This document shows positions 1 to 14,131 of a stretch of 64,000 bases of DNA, in pieces. The DNA is from Paecilomyces variotii (taxonomy: Eukaryota), in assembly GCA_004022145.1 (NCBI GenBank), contig RCNU01000005.1. One strand, given 5' to 3'. The notes beneath the pieces were generated by a model. The model had not been told where the DNA came from and did not search any database. It saw only the letters and a program-made list of their open reading frames with translations. Position 1 is the stretch's first letter. Each line of letters opens with the position of its first letter. The position numbers were made by a program, and so were the translations under genes.

Positions 1-2500
1 TAATAGAAAAAGACTAATTTTTTAAAAGCCTATTAATAAAGAACTATAAGAGATTAAAATAAGAATAAAAAAGAATAATCTTCTAGAGAAGATTATAGGA
101 AAAAAAGAAAGATATTAAATTAAAAATTTAGATAAAAGCTTATTAATAAATCTAATATTAGATAAAGAAAAGGAAAATATAGAGAAGGAAAAAAAAGGGA
201 AAAAAAAAACTAAGAGTCCTAAAAAACTAAAAAGAGAAAAAAAGCTTAAGATTTAAGATAAAAAAAAATAGCTAAAAAAAGGATATAAATATAAGATTAG
301 TATATCTATATTAATAAAAAAGGCTATTATTAACCTAAAAAATAAAAAAGTATTAAAATTTTTAAAGAAAGAAAAGATTAAACCTATTGCTATACTAAAT
401 TTATATTAAAAAAATATAAAATATAATAAGACTAAGAAGTATAAAAGATAATATCTTTAAAAAAAGATTAAAAATACTTATAGATAGTAATAATAACCTT
501 AAATACTAGAATATTAGCATAAACTACTAGAAATAGTTTTAAGGGAGATAGAGACTTAATATTAACTTTAAGAATTATTACTGCCTAGATAAGGAAGAAA
601 CTAAAATATAGTTCTAACTAAGTAGACTAAATATAAATATTAAGAAGATTAAAGAAGTCTTATAATAGGTTAATTTAGGGAAAATTAAATTAATCTATAA
701 GCTATATATATAACTATTAGCTAATATAATTAATATAAAGGAGGATATATTTATAAAAGAAGCTAAAGGAGTATTAAAAATAATTAAAAATATAAAGCTA
801 GCAGCAGTAAAATAATAGAAGAAGAGATTATTTAAAATAATAATTTATCCTTATAAAAGTTTATTTAAAGAAATTAAATAATTTATAAATAAAATTTCTA
901 AAAGTAAATAGATAATAGAACCTTCTAATAGAGCCTTAAAAATTAATATAAAGCCCTTCTTTTCTATAATAAACTTAAAAAACCCCTTTATTAAAAAAGA
1001 AACTAGATACTTAAAAAATATATAAAATACTAAAACTATATAATTTAAAAATAATTTAAAGGCTAAGCAGATATTAAGTATATCTAGCAACAGCTAGGTT
1101 AAAAAAAGAATAAAAAATCTTATTTTAGAAAATCTTAAAAATATAAAAGATAGAGATAATATAAAAATTAAAAAAACCTTATTTAAAGACCTTCTCCCTA
1201 AGAAATTCCTAATATTAAGGATAATTTAACTGTTTAGAGATCTTAAATTAATTAATATAAATATTTTTAATAATATACCTAGCAGCTTATATTATAAGGC
1301 TTAAGATAATATATATAGGGCTAAAGAATATCTTAAATCTAAGTATAGGGATAAAAAATATTTTAATTTAAATAAAAAAGACTTTACCCTAAATAAAATA
1401 TAAAACTAATATATTTAATTAAGTATTATAATAAAAGAGGATTTTAATTATTAGGAAATAAATAAAGTTTTTTAAATTATACTCTTTAAAAAGAAATTAG
1501 CAGAAAAAATATTATAATATACTATTATAAAAATAAAAGCAGCCCTTTATTATAAAAAGAAGAATAAAAAATTAATAGGGCTTAAAAATTTATTTAAGAA
1601 TATTCTTTAGAAGGTTATTATATAAGATATTTAGATTTATTTAATTTAGTTAATACTATATAGTTATAGTAAATATAGGCTACAGGTTTAATATCTTAGG
1701 GGATATAAGCTAAGAGTATTAAATATAGAGACTATAATCCCTAAGAAAAAAATAGGCTAGAGCTTTATAACTCTAGGGACTAAACTAATTATTAAAGATA
1801 AGTCTAAGAAAATTATAAGCTTAAGAGATATTATATTTAGGCAGGGAGAAGTAACTTTTATTAGTAATCTATATTAGCTAATATTAGAGAATTAAAGAAT
1901 AGATCTTAATAATATTTATTATTTTAATTATAGAGAATAAGATAAGATAAGATTTAATTAAAGAGAATCTAGGCTTTTTAATATTTAAATAAATAGAGTT
2001 ATAGCTATAAATAAAGTAATATTTAATTAATTAAATTAGGATTATTTAAAAGTTAAAATAGAGTTATACTTTATATTAAAGCAAGATATATTATTAGTTT
2101 AAGATTATTTATAGAAGAAAGGAACTCAGCTTTATAAATTAGGGGTTTTAAAATATATATAATATTAAAAACTAGAATATTCCTATTTTAAAAATAATTT
2201 ATAATATTAAAAAGAGGAGATAATATAGACTATAATAATTAAAAAAGATAAATAAGGGTATCTATTCTTAGAGAAGGGGAAGCTATATAATAAAAAGAAT
2301 TAGTATAAAGAATATAATTAGTTAAGAGATTATATATTTTTATTTAAAATCTTTAAAAAGTCTATAAGTAAAGCAGGAGAAAGTAAGAGTAATAAAGAGA
2401 TAATACCTTTTAGTTATTTAAAATAAAATAATTAGCTATTTTTATAATATACTAATAATTATAATATAAGAAGTTTAGAAAGTAATAAGAGTAATAGCAA
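1..2500 (+). mobile_element. RIP-degraded repeat relic, family not identified
   Basis: Very AT-rich, TpA-saturated, CpA/TpG/CpG nearly absent. Purine-rich plus strand suggests a former plus-strand ORF; skew reverses near 2500. No motif confidently recovered; boundaries approximate. Confidence 0.5.
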
Positions 2501-5500
2501 TAATTTATTAATATTAATAATAAATAGGGATTTATAATTCTAAAAAGCTCTTATATTTATTTTATTAAAATATTTCTCAAGATAGTATTTTATAATAGTT
2601 TTTATAGATTCTTAAGGGTAGTATTAGTATTATAATATAATAGCCTAACTATTAATAGAATTTATAATTAAATAGAATTTTATAATAGTTATATTTCTGC
2701 CTAATTCTTTTACCTTTAGTATTATTAAAAAAAAATATAATAAAATAAGGATTAGTAATTAGTTTTAGCCTATGCTATAAATTATAGATACTAGTATTAT
2801 AAGATAATAATAATTTAATAGATTTAATTAATATTACTAGTAATAGCTTAGTTATAATTATTAAATCTATTAGTCTTAAATCTCTAGAATAATTATTATT
2901 CTCTATAACTAGATTTTCTAGCTTCTATATATTTGCTATTTTTTTATTATTATTATCTTATCTACTTATTATTAGTATTCTAATAATAATCTCTAGTAAT
3001 ATATTTACTGCAAATATTAGTAGTATAAATATTAGAAGTTCTTTATTTAGCTTATTAATAGATCTATCTAGAATATTTTAATCTTTTATTAGTATTTAAC
3101 TTTTAGTAATTATTATATTATATATAATATTACTATTTATTTTATTAATTAGTTATAATTATAATATAAGATAATTCTTTTATAGCTATTCTTATATTTA
3201 GTATAAGGTAATTTCTTAATATAATTTCTGCTATTCTGCTAGTATTATTATATTAAGTTTATTATAAGTTAGTAGCAGTAATTCTTCTATATTAATAATA
3301 GCATTTACTTCTAGTAAGGTTATAATAATGCTATATAATTTATATAATTCTATTTATTATTTTAGGGTTAACTAAGATTATAAGACTATATTATTAAGTA
3401 TATATACTAGGATTAATTAGTTTTTATTAATAAGGTATTATAAAATATTGCTATTATAGTTAGCTAAATAATATATTTTAAAGGGATAAGCTATAAGGAT
3501 TTTATATAGTCTAAATTAATATTTTTTAAATTTTTAATATGTTTTATTATAAATAAATACCTATTTATTAAGTTTAAAAGAAGACTTAATAATATTATTA
3601 TAGTAAACTTATAATACTTATATTACCTTTTTTAATAACTTCTTATTAACTATAAGCTAAGTATATTATAATATAGTAATTTATTTTTTATACACCTTAA
3701 TTATATTTATAATCTCTAATAAGTATAGTAGGTTATTATTAAAGAGTAGTATTAAATAGTATTTATATAAGAGATAAAAGAAATTATATCTTATAGTCTA
3801 GTATAATTTAATATATATTATAAAGATTACTTATAGAAGATATTTATCCTATAAATAAATAGGCTTATTAATAAGCATTTTAGTTAGTATATTATCTAAT
3901 AGACTATTATAATTCTTAACCTTATTATTAGTTCTTAGGTAATATAGTATAATATACTAATAATATATACTAATAATCTTTAAGTAATAAATAATTATTT
4001 AGAAAAGGAAGTTAGAGCTATTATTAGATAATAATTCCTATAAAGCTCTATAATTAATAAAAATATAATTATAGATAAACTTTATAATTATTTTATCCTT
4101 TATATTTAGTAATATTTCTATAACTAGCTATTCTATTATATATTTAATTATAGTAATAATTTATTTATTACTGTTTAGTATAGTTAGTAGAATATTAATA
4201 AGGTTAATTGCCTAATAGTTAAATAGTTAAATATTGTAACTAATAAATATTTATAGTATCTCGCGTTTAAGGCCTGGTTATACTTATTATACTACTTAAT
4301 ATTTAAGGCAGTATTATATAAAATATTATATATCCTTTTATATTATTAGCTATTATATATAGAGTTATATTACCTTAAATAGGGCTAGATATCTGAGATA
4401 TCTATAGTCTATATATATTTCTTCTAGGAAATTATTATAAAAAAATAGATAAAGATAGAGAATATTATTATTACTATTATAATATTATAAGAATCCTTTT
4501 ATATTAAATATAAACTTATCCTTTTTTTTATTAATTATAGATTATAAGTATTATAGTAATATTATCTTATTACTAAATATAGTAACTATTATATTATATT
4601 ATTTTATCTTATCTTATTTAATTATAAGGGAGTTAATAGTATATTATATTGCTTCTTTCTCTTCTAATATAAAGTTAAGATATTGTAATATTATATTAGA
4701 GATAATAGCTTAGCTATTTAGGCAATATTTAATATTAAGATTATAATCTTAGAAATCTGCTAACTATTATATTAATTGTTTTAATAGGGTTTTTATTATT
4801 TATATATATTTAAGGCTTTTATAGTTAGTAAAGACTATAATTTTATATCTATTATTAAGATATATATATTAAATTATAAGAGTATATTTAATTACTAGTA
4901 GTTCTTTCTTATATATTAAGTAATTCTTTTTATAAATTATTAATTTGCGATCTTTAAAAATAATTAGATATAGGCCTTTTATAATTATATCTTTTTATAA
5001 TAAGCTATAACTAATTGCTTAATTGCTAGTATTTATTTTAAGAGTAAATAATTTAGAGATATTTAGCAATTAAAGAATAGATTTATTAATAATACTCTTT
5101 TTTAATTATTTAAATATATATTAATATTTAGCTGTCTATTTAATTTTATAATACTTTTATTTATATAATTATATATTACCTTCTTTTAAAAGGTCTAATA
5201 AGGGTATAGTAATATTAGTAAAGTTCTTAATATAATATTAATAATACTATACTAATCTTAAAAACTAATAAATCTTATAGATATTAATAAATATTAGCTA
5301 TTTCTTAATAATCTTTATCTTTAACTATATTAGCTAAATTATCCCTCCGCCTATATTATATCTATAAAATTCTAATTATAGCTTTATAAAAATATATTTA
5401 AATAGCTTTATAAATAATTAATTATTAGATAAAACTTATAAAACTATAGATAAGTAATAAATATACTCCTCTAATATTAGAGAGAAAACTATAATATTAT

Positions 5501-8500
5501 TAAGATAAATAATTATAAATTTATTAAGATATAGATATAAAATCTTATTTATTAAGGCTTAAAAAATAGCTAAAGCATTAGCTAATCTAAATAGTATTAT
5601 AATAAATTTAAATTTTTCTTAATATATATTAAATACTATCTTCAGAATATCTTCTTCTTTAATCTAGATTTAATAGTAGCTTTATATAAGGTCTAGTTTA
5701 TTAAGAATTTCTGTATTATAGAGTTAATTAAAATATTTTTAGATTTTTAGCAGTAAATATTTATTATATTTAATAACTGTATTAAAGGCTTAATAATTAA
5801 TATATATTCTCTATCTTCTACCTGGTTTCTTTATAAATAGGGCTAGGAAATTCTAAGGGCTTACTAATTTATAGACAATTCCTTTAATATAAAGGTTATT
5901 AATTTATTACACTTTCTTATCCTTATATAAAGGTAATAATAAGTATATATTAATATTAATTAGTCGGGCATCTTATATATTAATTTTATAATTATTACTT
6001 AGCTATAATAGTAAAATTATATTAAGTAGCTTTTCTTAGAAATAATATTTAAATTATTATAATATAATTATAATTTCTAATAATATATTCTTCTATTTTA
6101 TTATAGATAAAGTATTTATTATATTATTAAGTTATTATATAGTATAAAGTTGCAATTTAATATCTTTTTTAAAAAAGTATTTAGCTTTATTATAAGAGAT
6201 AAGGGTATTATTAATATCTTTAACTAAATCGCAAATTATTATATATTATAAGATAGAGCTTAAGTAATATATTAAACTATTATAATTATTAATTATAATT
6301 TATATTATTTTTTAATTAATCTTTAAGTTTATAGACTAAAGCTATATTATACCTAAAATAATATTAAAATTATTAAGGTTAACTACTTATATAAATAGTT
6401 CTATATAATATATATCTAACTATAAGAGTATTATTGCAGTACTATAAATAGTTATAGCTAAATTATTTATAAATTATATTTTTAATTACTTAATTATATT
6501 AATAGAAATATTAGCTATCTTATAAAATTTAACTGAGGTATATATTATATTAGCGCCTAAGTTAATTAAATAATATATAGGATATTAGGTTTTAAATAAA
6601 AACTTACCCCTTATAATCTTTATAATCTTTCTTAAGAATAAGTAGAGATATTTATCTAAACAGCTTTATTATTTATTAATTTTATAGGCTTTAATTGCTA
6701 TAATATATTATCTAAGATCTTCTATATAGAATTAATCTTATTTAAATAGTTATAAGATAGCTATAATATATTAGCAGTTTTTATCTAATATATTAAAGGA
6801 AATGCAATAATAAGGCAGTATTAAATTAAAAAATCTAGTCCTGCTATTAGAGTAACTATAGGATTAATATTAACTATTCCTTAAGCTATTATAATTATAA
6901 TAATATAAGTTTAAAAAATAAGATATTAACTTTACTATATAAGATAATTATTATCTTAATTAATAATTTTAACTAGAGGAATATTCTCTTTTATTATAAT
7001 TATAAGTTTAGTATTCTATATAATTATATTAGAAATAAAGGTAATTCTTCTAATAATAGTTAGTTTATTCTAGGGTATTTTTTTATAAAGTATTCCCTAG
7101 TAATATTATTTTAAAGGAGTAAGATAAGTGCTATAACTATATTTATTATTATAAGTAATCTAGTATTAGCTTAACTATTAATAACTCTTATTTATTGCTT
7201 ATTATATATAATTATTAAGATTATTATTCTAAGTATTAGTAGGTATTATATATATATATAGCTATATATTGCTAATTAAATTAGTTAGCTATTATAATAT
7301 AGTTTATATAATTAAGATTATTATAATTTAGATTTTCTTCTATATAATTATAAATATAGATTTTTAATCCTTAAATAAAGTATTTCTTAAGTTTATAATC
7401 TAATAAAAAAGAGTTAAATTATTATTATAATATAAGCAATTTAATAATATATTCTATAATAAAATATATTTATATTAATTAATAATATTTATTACAGTTA
7501 TATACTTTTTAATTAATATTTTTATATAATACTAAGATTTACTATAACTAATTATTTAAGATATTAAACTTTATAGCCCTTCCTATCTTAATATTATTAG
7601 ATTAAGTTTTTTATATTAATCTTATATTACCTTTAAGAAATCTAGTATAATATTATATAATCTCTTATTAATTCTTAAACTAGTCTTTAGTATTATATTA
7701 TTAAATATAATTATAAATTTTAAACTTCTAGACTTCTAGAAGTTCTATATTATATTTACCCTTATATAAGAAAGAGGTTTTAGGTTTAAGTCTAGGTCTG
7801 TTATTAAGGCCTATTGCTTATATTACCTATGCTTAAGCAATATTAATAATATTATTAGCAACTTAGGCTAAGAGACTTAATAAGCTAAAGTCTAGTTATA
7901 ATAAGTTTAGTATTATAATATTTGCAGCTTATTCTAGAGCTAGAGGAGATTATCTTAAATTAGGTGTTTTAATACCTAATATTAATTAGTTATTTTTATT
8001 TAAATCTATATAGCTAATATAATTAGCTAAGTCTTCTGCTATAGTTATTATAATTATTTTAAGGTCTTAATTATTAAAATAATTACTAAATATCTATATT
8101 AATTCTTCTTATAATAAGAGTATATTTATATCTTATTATTTACCCTTTATAGCTAATATATTATTATAAATTAGACTTTAATATAATTCTTTATCTTTAC
8201 CCCTTTTTTTAAATATAGCAGTAAGGTTAAGTTTAAAAATATTCTATATTTATTTAATTTAGTATAAATAAGAAGTTATAAGATAAAGTTTAAGTTTATT
8301 ATTATTTAGATTTAGGTTTCCTTAATATTATATATATTATTATATTATTATTATTATAGCTAACTGCTATATTATTAAATAGGTAATATCTTTTATACTT
8401 AATATTATATTTTAGGCTTCTTTATATATAGTAATATAATAATTATTATAATTATTAATATTATAATATAATAGCATTAGCCTATATAGGCTATAGCCCT
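2500..8500 (-). mobile_element. RIP-inactivated Ty3/Gypsy LTR retrotransposon relic
   Basis: Minus-strand motifs in Gypsy order, differing from consensus mainly by G>A/C>T. Protease INLGA (=IDSGA, ~6552-6566). RT ILFRLANALAIF (=MPFGLANAPATF, ~5562-5600) and IYLNNIIVFS (=YLDD, ~5496-5507). RNase H KELLVIKYTL (~4880-4910) and VFTNYKSL (=VFTDHKSL, ~4812-4835). Integrase YYPRTNNKVKN (=YHPRTNGKVE, ~3915-3945). LTRs not resolved; ends approximate. Confidence 0.9.
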
Positions 8501-8614
8501 CTAGGCCTATGTAATCCCCTTATTATTGCCTAATCTAAATATTTAGATATGCTACTAGATATTGTTTAGAAGAAGAAAGTTAATTACTAAGAGATATCTA
8601 TACCTAAGGCTATA

Positions 8615-9051
8615 ACATAATTCTCTACTAACTAGATTACCCGCCTAAGCGGATTAATACTATATAATATATAGAATAACCTCTTTTTAAACTGAGATTT
8701 CTCAACAACTATATATCTAGCATATATAATACTTAATATATAGCTTTCTATAATAGTAAACTTTTATATACTAAAATTTTAAGCTCTAAAAATTACTTAT
8801 TATTTAGGTAATATAAATTATTATTATAATTTTTATAATTATATTTTACCTAAGATATCTAAAGAATAGCAAGACTTAAGCAGATAAAATTAGACATATA
8901 TAATCTTAACAATATATATTTTACATATATCCGTTCTAATAACCTTTAGATACTTAGTTATTAAGATATTTTAGTTTAAAAAAGGGCTATTTTGTATATA
9001 ATACGGCACTAATCCGCTTAGGCGGGTAATCCGGTCGGCAGGGAATTACGT
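8615..9051. mobile_element. Fot1/Pogo-type (Tc1-mariner) MITE, 437 bp
   Basis: ~50-bp TIRs. Right TIR read inward is ACGTAATTCCCTGCCGACCGGATTACCCGCCTAAGCGGATTAGTGCCGTAT; the left TIR is the same with only transitions. ACGT terminus and TA on both flanks (8613-8614, 9052-9053); no ORF inside. Confidence 0.85.
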
Positions 9052-10290
9052 TATAGTAGAGAATGACTAAGCTAGATGACATAAGAAAAGACCACACATA
9101 CGCCGTTGAGGCTTATTTAGTTTACTAAGCACAATGACAGTCAGCAGAGAAAGCAGGCAGTACTGCTCGTTAACCAGCAAACCATTGTTTATTACAAATT
9201 TCCGATGAAAATTTCCTCGTAAAGGTTACTTAGGTTTAGGCGTTATATATGAAGAGAATTATGTGTAGCACCGTCCAACAACGGGTGTGGATAATTACAC
9301 GATCGAGATATATCTCCTCGCACCTAATTCTTTGAGACTTCCATCCTTTGTTTTCTATGCCTTCAATATTATCACTATACAAGTCATATATGTAACAGGT
9401 GAAGAAATAACAATTATTGGAGGCGTCTTGCCCTCTCCCAGTTCATAGGATTGGACATGTCGGGCCTCAATTTGAAGAGCCTAAGAAGCTTGTCCCGTTC
9501 GTTTATAAGCCACAAAAGTCACATAAAATGCCAAATCCAAAAGAGGAGTCATATGAGAATCTATCTATATTCTACCCGCAATTATACCAGCAAGCAATAT
9601 AACACACAATTTAACTAAATCGAAACGAATACATCCAGAGTACACATACCACCTCGGCGAGAGCAGAGAGGTATGAAAGTCAGATTCATGATCATATAGT
9701 AGCCAGTGCAGCATCTTCGGATATGGGGAGCGCGAGATTGGCTCAAGGAGGAATACCAGTACAGTACAGTAGCTAGGTGTAGTTGGCAGCTTGTGAGCAT
9801 AGCGAAGTCCGTGTTGTTGCGAGCGGGGTCTTTCTAGCTTAATTCAAAAAGCTCATTTGGCACTCAGCTACCACTATGATCCCCTTATAATGAGAATATA
9901 GCACGGAAATGTTCAGCATCAATGTTAAAAGTCACAATGTGCGCTTTCTACTGGCTCTTAGTTGAGGTTCTGTAAGTTTTGTATCAGGAGGCGATGGAAA
10001 GATTGACTAGCTTGTGGCCAAGGGATTGGTCGTTAGTGCGATATCGAGACCTGCAACAGTCTGTACTGTCTCTAGTTTCTCTGAATGCACGGAAACAGAA
10101 TTAGTGATGATCATAGTTACGACCCATCTCAACCAAGTACGCGACAAGTATCGAGGTTTGTGAATTATATCGACATATGATAACAAAATATCCGTACAGG
10201 ACAGAGTTAGCTTAAACATGCCTTTCAAATGTTATATGACCGGTCTATATACAACATGAAGTTTACATTTGGAAGGAAATTCTATTATCC

Positions 10291-10643
10291 TCTTTTTTGC
10301 GACTTGATGCATTCTGTTGAAGCTGCAGTAAGGCATGGTAATCGCATATCCAAAATAACATCGCGGTTTCCCAAAAAGGAAATCACAACATTACACTTCC
10401 ACAAGGAAACAAAAAGCTCACACCTCCACAAGGACACAAAAAGCTCACATCCCCGGCCTCCCGAGTGCACTCGGGAGGAGGAGGATGCTACGAAAATCCC
10501 ACCTTGCTTGCGGCGGGCAGGATTTTTTCACCCCTGGAGGCGCCCTCCAGGGTTCGAACCGGGAGAGCAGGCAGTGCTGGTGCCTAGAGCAGGACCTCAA
10601 CGAGGTCCTGACTCTAACCACTGCACTACCTGACCCCCCGCGT
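10291..10643 (-). mobile_element. Probable tRNA-derived SINE
   Basis: Minus strand: A-box TAGTGCAGTGG (10628-10618), B-box GGTTCGAACCC (10560-10550), tRNA-like stems and a short A6 tail. TATTATCC direct repeats at 10283-10290 and 10644-10651 are a candidate TSD. Confidence 0.55.
10399..10452. repeat. 27-bp tandem duplication (2 copies)
   Basis: CCACAAGGAAACAAAAAGCTCACACCT followed by CCACAAGGACACAAAAAGCTCACATCC. Confidence 0.9.
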
Positions 10644-11758
10644 TATTATCCCAACCTTTGCGGAGTATATATGGTCCATGTTATAGAGGCCGCCGCCTAC
10701 AGCTGAGTCACATGTCTACGTCAATGCGGGTTCAAAGAATTGATTTCGTCGTATCACATGTGTACTCATGATAGGCCCGGTTGGTTGTGCTATGCTATAC
10801 ACTCAGGCTCTCTACCTTGTACAGCGTAGGTTCAGTCTGGGTCTTGTTGAGCCGGTTTAATCTCGAAAATAATATAATAAACTCTTCTTTTTGTGCCCTA
10901 TACACATTACAGTTCAAGATATGGTAGTGTTCTAGCTTCGATCGTGACTACGAACGACGTTCTATTCGAAAACATATAATAGATGTTGACTTTGGCATTG
11001 GAGCCTAGAGGGGGTATGCACCCACCAAATAAATAGGTCATATCAATAGGTTTCTTCACTTCACTGGAGGGAAGTCAGAAACGAGAGCAAGTCCTACCGT
11101 ATTCCTCGGCATTCTCAGGCTCGGTGGCTCTCCATATATAGTAATTCCATGTTCTGTCTCTCACAATCCTATGCTATCCAAACTTACTATGCTGGTGGCT
11201 CTTGCAGCTTTTCCTTCGAGGGCTCCTCCTGAACTCAAATGGCAGGTACAATAACATCATAAAAGAAGCAAACCTCACCATCACCCTACTCACAGACTCT
11301 GGTATAGAGACATATCGCCGGATAATCTATGAGCTACTCGATATGCAATGATAGTATAGCTATACTCCAGGAAATTCATTCCGTGATTTGCGCTAAGGCC
11401 GAAATCTGGGTTGAGGATCTAACTCACACCTTGGCTATAACGAGCTGCGTTCACTTTTCGGACGCGTCGGCAAGAATAATACTTTCTAACGTCATAATAA
11501 GCTTGGAAAGACAGCATTTCCGTGGTATTTATTCCTCTCGAACTTACAAGTGCAGCACAGACCGCATGGCCTCGAAGGTCCTTTTCAAATAATAGCTTGC
11601 GACGATGCACCCTGATTTCTTCACAACAGGAGAGCTGCATACACGACCGACATGAGTCAATTGGAGCTTGATTTGCTACGCGCAGAGCGTCTCGCTCACC
11701 GCTCACACTGGACTTTCGGTTCGTATACAATATGACTGTCTAAGATGCTGATATTGCA

Positions 11759-12217
11759 ATGAGTGAAGCTAATACGTTCTTCACAGGACGCACACCAGAT
11801 ACATGCGTCTTCTGTTTCGAGAGGCTGGAGGCAGATTCTCCATATCGTCAACTTCCCTGCGAGCACTGCTTCCATCTGCCATGCATCGATAACTGGATAG
11901 GTCGACATCATGCGAATTGTCCACTGTGCCGGGAATCGTTCTACTACTTTAGACGACCACGAATTGTCACCATCACACGACCACAGCCGGCTCCTTCGCA
12001 GTCTACGGACTGGCCTGGTGAAAAGCAGAACAAGCTCACAGGAGGTCTTGAAGATAGCCGACCCATCCAGGCTGTTTTCAGTGGTCTCAAGACTTGGTGC
12101 AAAAAGAAGATACAAGATCGTGCGAGCGGTGGTATACTCAGCCCTGCGCGTAGAACGCCACAAAAGTTGTTGATGAGGGTGAATCCGACAGAGGGTATTC
12201 CGGAAATAACGCACTAA
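11759..12217 (+). CDS. RING-H2 zinc finger protein (upstream exons unresolved)
   Basis: CVFC...LPCEHCFHLPCIDNW...CPLCR fits the C3H2C3 RING-H2 pattern. The true start may lie upstream (~11170). Confidence 0.75.
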   Translation: MSEANTFFTGRTPDTCVFCFERLEADSPYRQLPCEHCFHLPCIDNWIGRHHANCPLCRESFYYFRRPRIVTITRPQPAPSQSTDWPGEKQNKLTGGLEDSRPIQAVFSGLKTWCKKKIQDRASGGILSPARRTPQKLLMRVNPTEGIPEITH

Positions 12218-12592
12218 GTGGTGCATGCTTATATCTAGGATATCAATTATATCAGAAATTGGTGGACCTCTCTATTTCTTTATCTACACCTTATCAAATG
12301 TTCTACGGTGTGAGACTTGGTAGCAGCATAAGCGAGAAGAGATGACTCTAGAATTCAGGTAAAGGTAAATTCCGCGGAAGTGTCTTCATAAACTTCGTGC
12401 AGTGACGTATATGGTAGTTCTGTGCATACCTCGCGGCTTTTTATTCCGTCTGATAAAGTCTCCCAGCCATGCAAGTCAAATTTCTTCATGGATGCAGAAA
12501 CTTAACCATAGATATTCCAAATGAGGCGTCTTATCGGTAGTTCACTCTCAAAAAACAGAGAAAATGGGAAGCCCAATAACAGTCGACCTGAC

Positions 12593-14131
12593 ATGTCAAG
12601 CAAATTCCCTAGCACGATCACCAATGTTCGCGCAGCACAGAGACTTGACTCTAGAGGGAAACCAACGGTACAAGTATGGGTAACAACAAACAAGGGTAGT
12701 ATTCCAATGCAGGAAGAATATACATGTGTTACTGTGCTGATGGTACTACATAGGTACTTTCACCGCGTCAGCACCTTCAGGTGCGTCGAGAGGACCATAT
12801 GAAGCGCATGAGATTCTCGATGCAGATCCAAACATGTACGGAGGCAATGGTGTTGAGAAAGCGGTGTACCACGCTCAGCATGTCATCGGACCTGGGCTTG
12901 TGGATAAATGCTTCGATGTGAGCAGGGACCTAGCCAAGATAGACGACTTCATGATCAAGCTTGATGGGACAAAAGACAAGGGAAATCTAGGCACCAATGC
13001 CATCTTGCCTCTTAGCATGGCATGTGCACGAGCCGCAGCTGCAGCGAGAGTAAGTCTGTCACAAACTGAATAATCTATCAGTGCTGACGTTCGCGGTTAC
13101 AGGATGTGCCACTTTACGAATTCTTAAGGCAGGAAGCACATGCACCAGAGGGCTATGTCCTGCCTGTCCCGTTCTTCAATCTTTTGAATGGAGGCGTACA
13201 CTCGGGAAACCAAATGGCATTCCAGGAATTCATGATAGCACCGGTGGGCGCGGAGTCAATGGCACAAGCCATTCAGATCGGGAGTGAGGTGTACCAGGAG
13301 TTAAAGAGTATGATCAAAAAGAAGTATGGAGCAGCCGGTGAGTACCTAGTTGATTCACGTTTTCACCAACAAGAGCTAACATTTTCACGTAGCAACTGCT
13401 GTTGGCGAAGAGGGAGGCTTTTCGCCCCCAATATCCGATCCAGAAGAGGCACTAGATCTCTTAACAGAAGCAGTGAAATCCAGTGGTCATCAAGGGAAAA
13501 TCAAATTCGGCATCGACCCTGCATCATCCCAGTTCTTTGAATGCGGCTGCTACGATATCGGTTACAAACGAGGAAACGAGGAGAAACTATCTTCAACGCA
13601 GCTTACCGATCTATATAATAAACTCTTACAGAAATACCCGATAATCCTCCTAGAAGACCCCTTTGCAGAAGACGACTGGGCTTCTTGGAGGAACTTCAAC
13701 AGAGATTGCAAAATCGAACTTGTCGGCGACGATCTTCTCGCCACTAACATCTCTAGGCTTGCAATGGCACGAGAACATGCCGCTTGCAATTCCATTTTGC
13801 TAAAGGTTAACCAAATTGGCACTGTCAGCGAGGCTCTTTCTGTGTAAGGGTTACAATTCCAAATACCCAGTCTCCGCCTCCATTAACAATGTGTTGCAGT
13901 GCACAAAGCGCTTATAGCTTCGGGTGGAAAGTATTCGTCTCCCATAGATCAGGCGAGACCAACGATGACTTCATTTCCGATCTGGCTGTAGCTATTGGCT
14001 GCGGACATTTGAAGGCAGGGAGTCCTTGCAGAGGTGAAAGAGTGGCCAAGTACAATCGGTTGATGGACATTGAAGACCAATTAAAATGTACACATGCGAA
14101 CTTTAAGTATGCTGGGAATATGTGGGAATAG
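12593..14131 (+). CDS. eno: Enolase, divergent paralogue (multi-exon)
   Basis: [52 protein letters not shown] and RGERVAKYN are present. Four GT-AG introns seen; stop TAG 14129-14131. Confidence 0.93.

Noticed and set aside
851-1090. 79-aa minus-strand ORF
   Set aside because: Low-complexity F/L/I/K product typical of chance ORFs in RIP DNA.
9180-9400. Possible solo LTR ending TGTAACA
   Set aside because: No matching TSD or second copy found.
10229-10706. ORFs of 134 and 73 aa
   Set aside because: They overlap the SINE-like element and have no recognisable domain.
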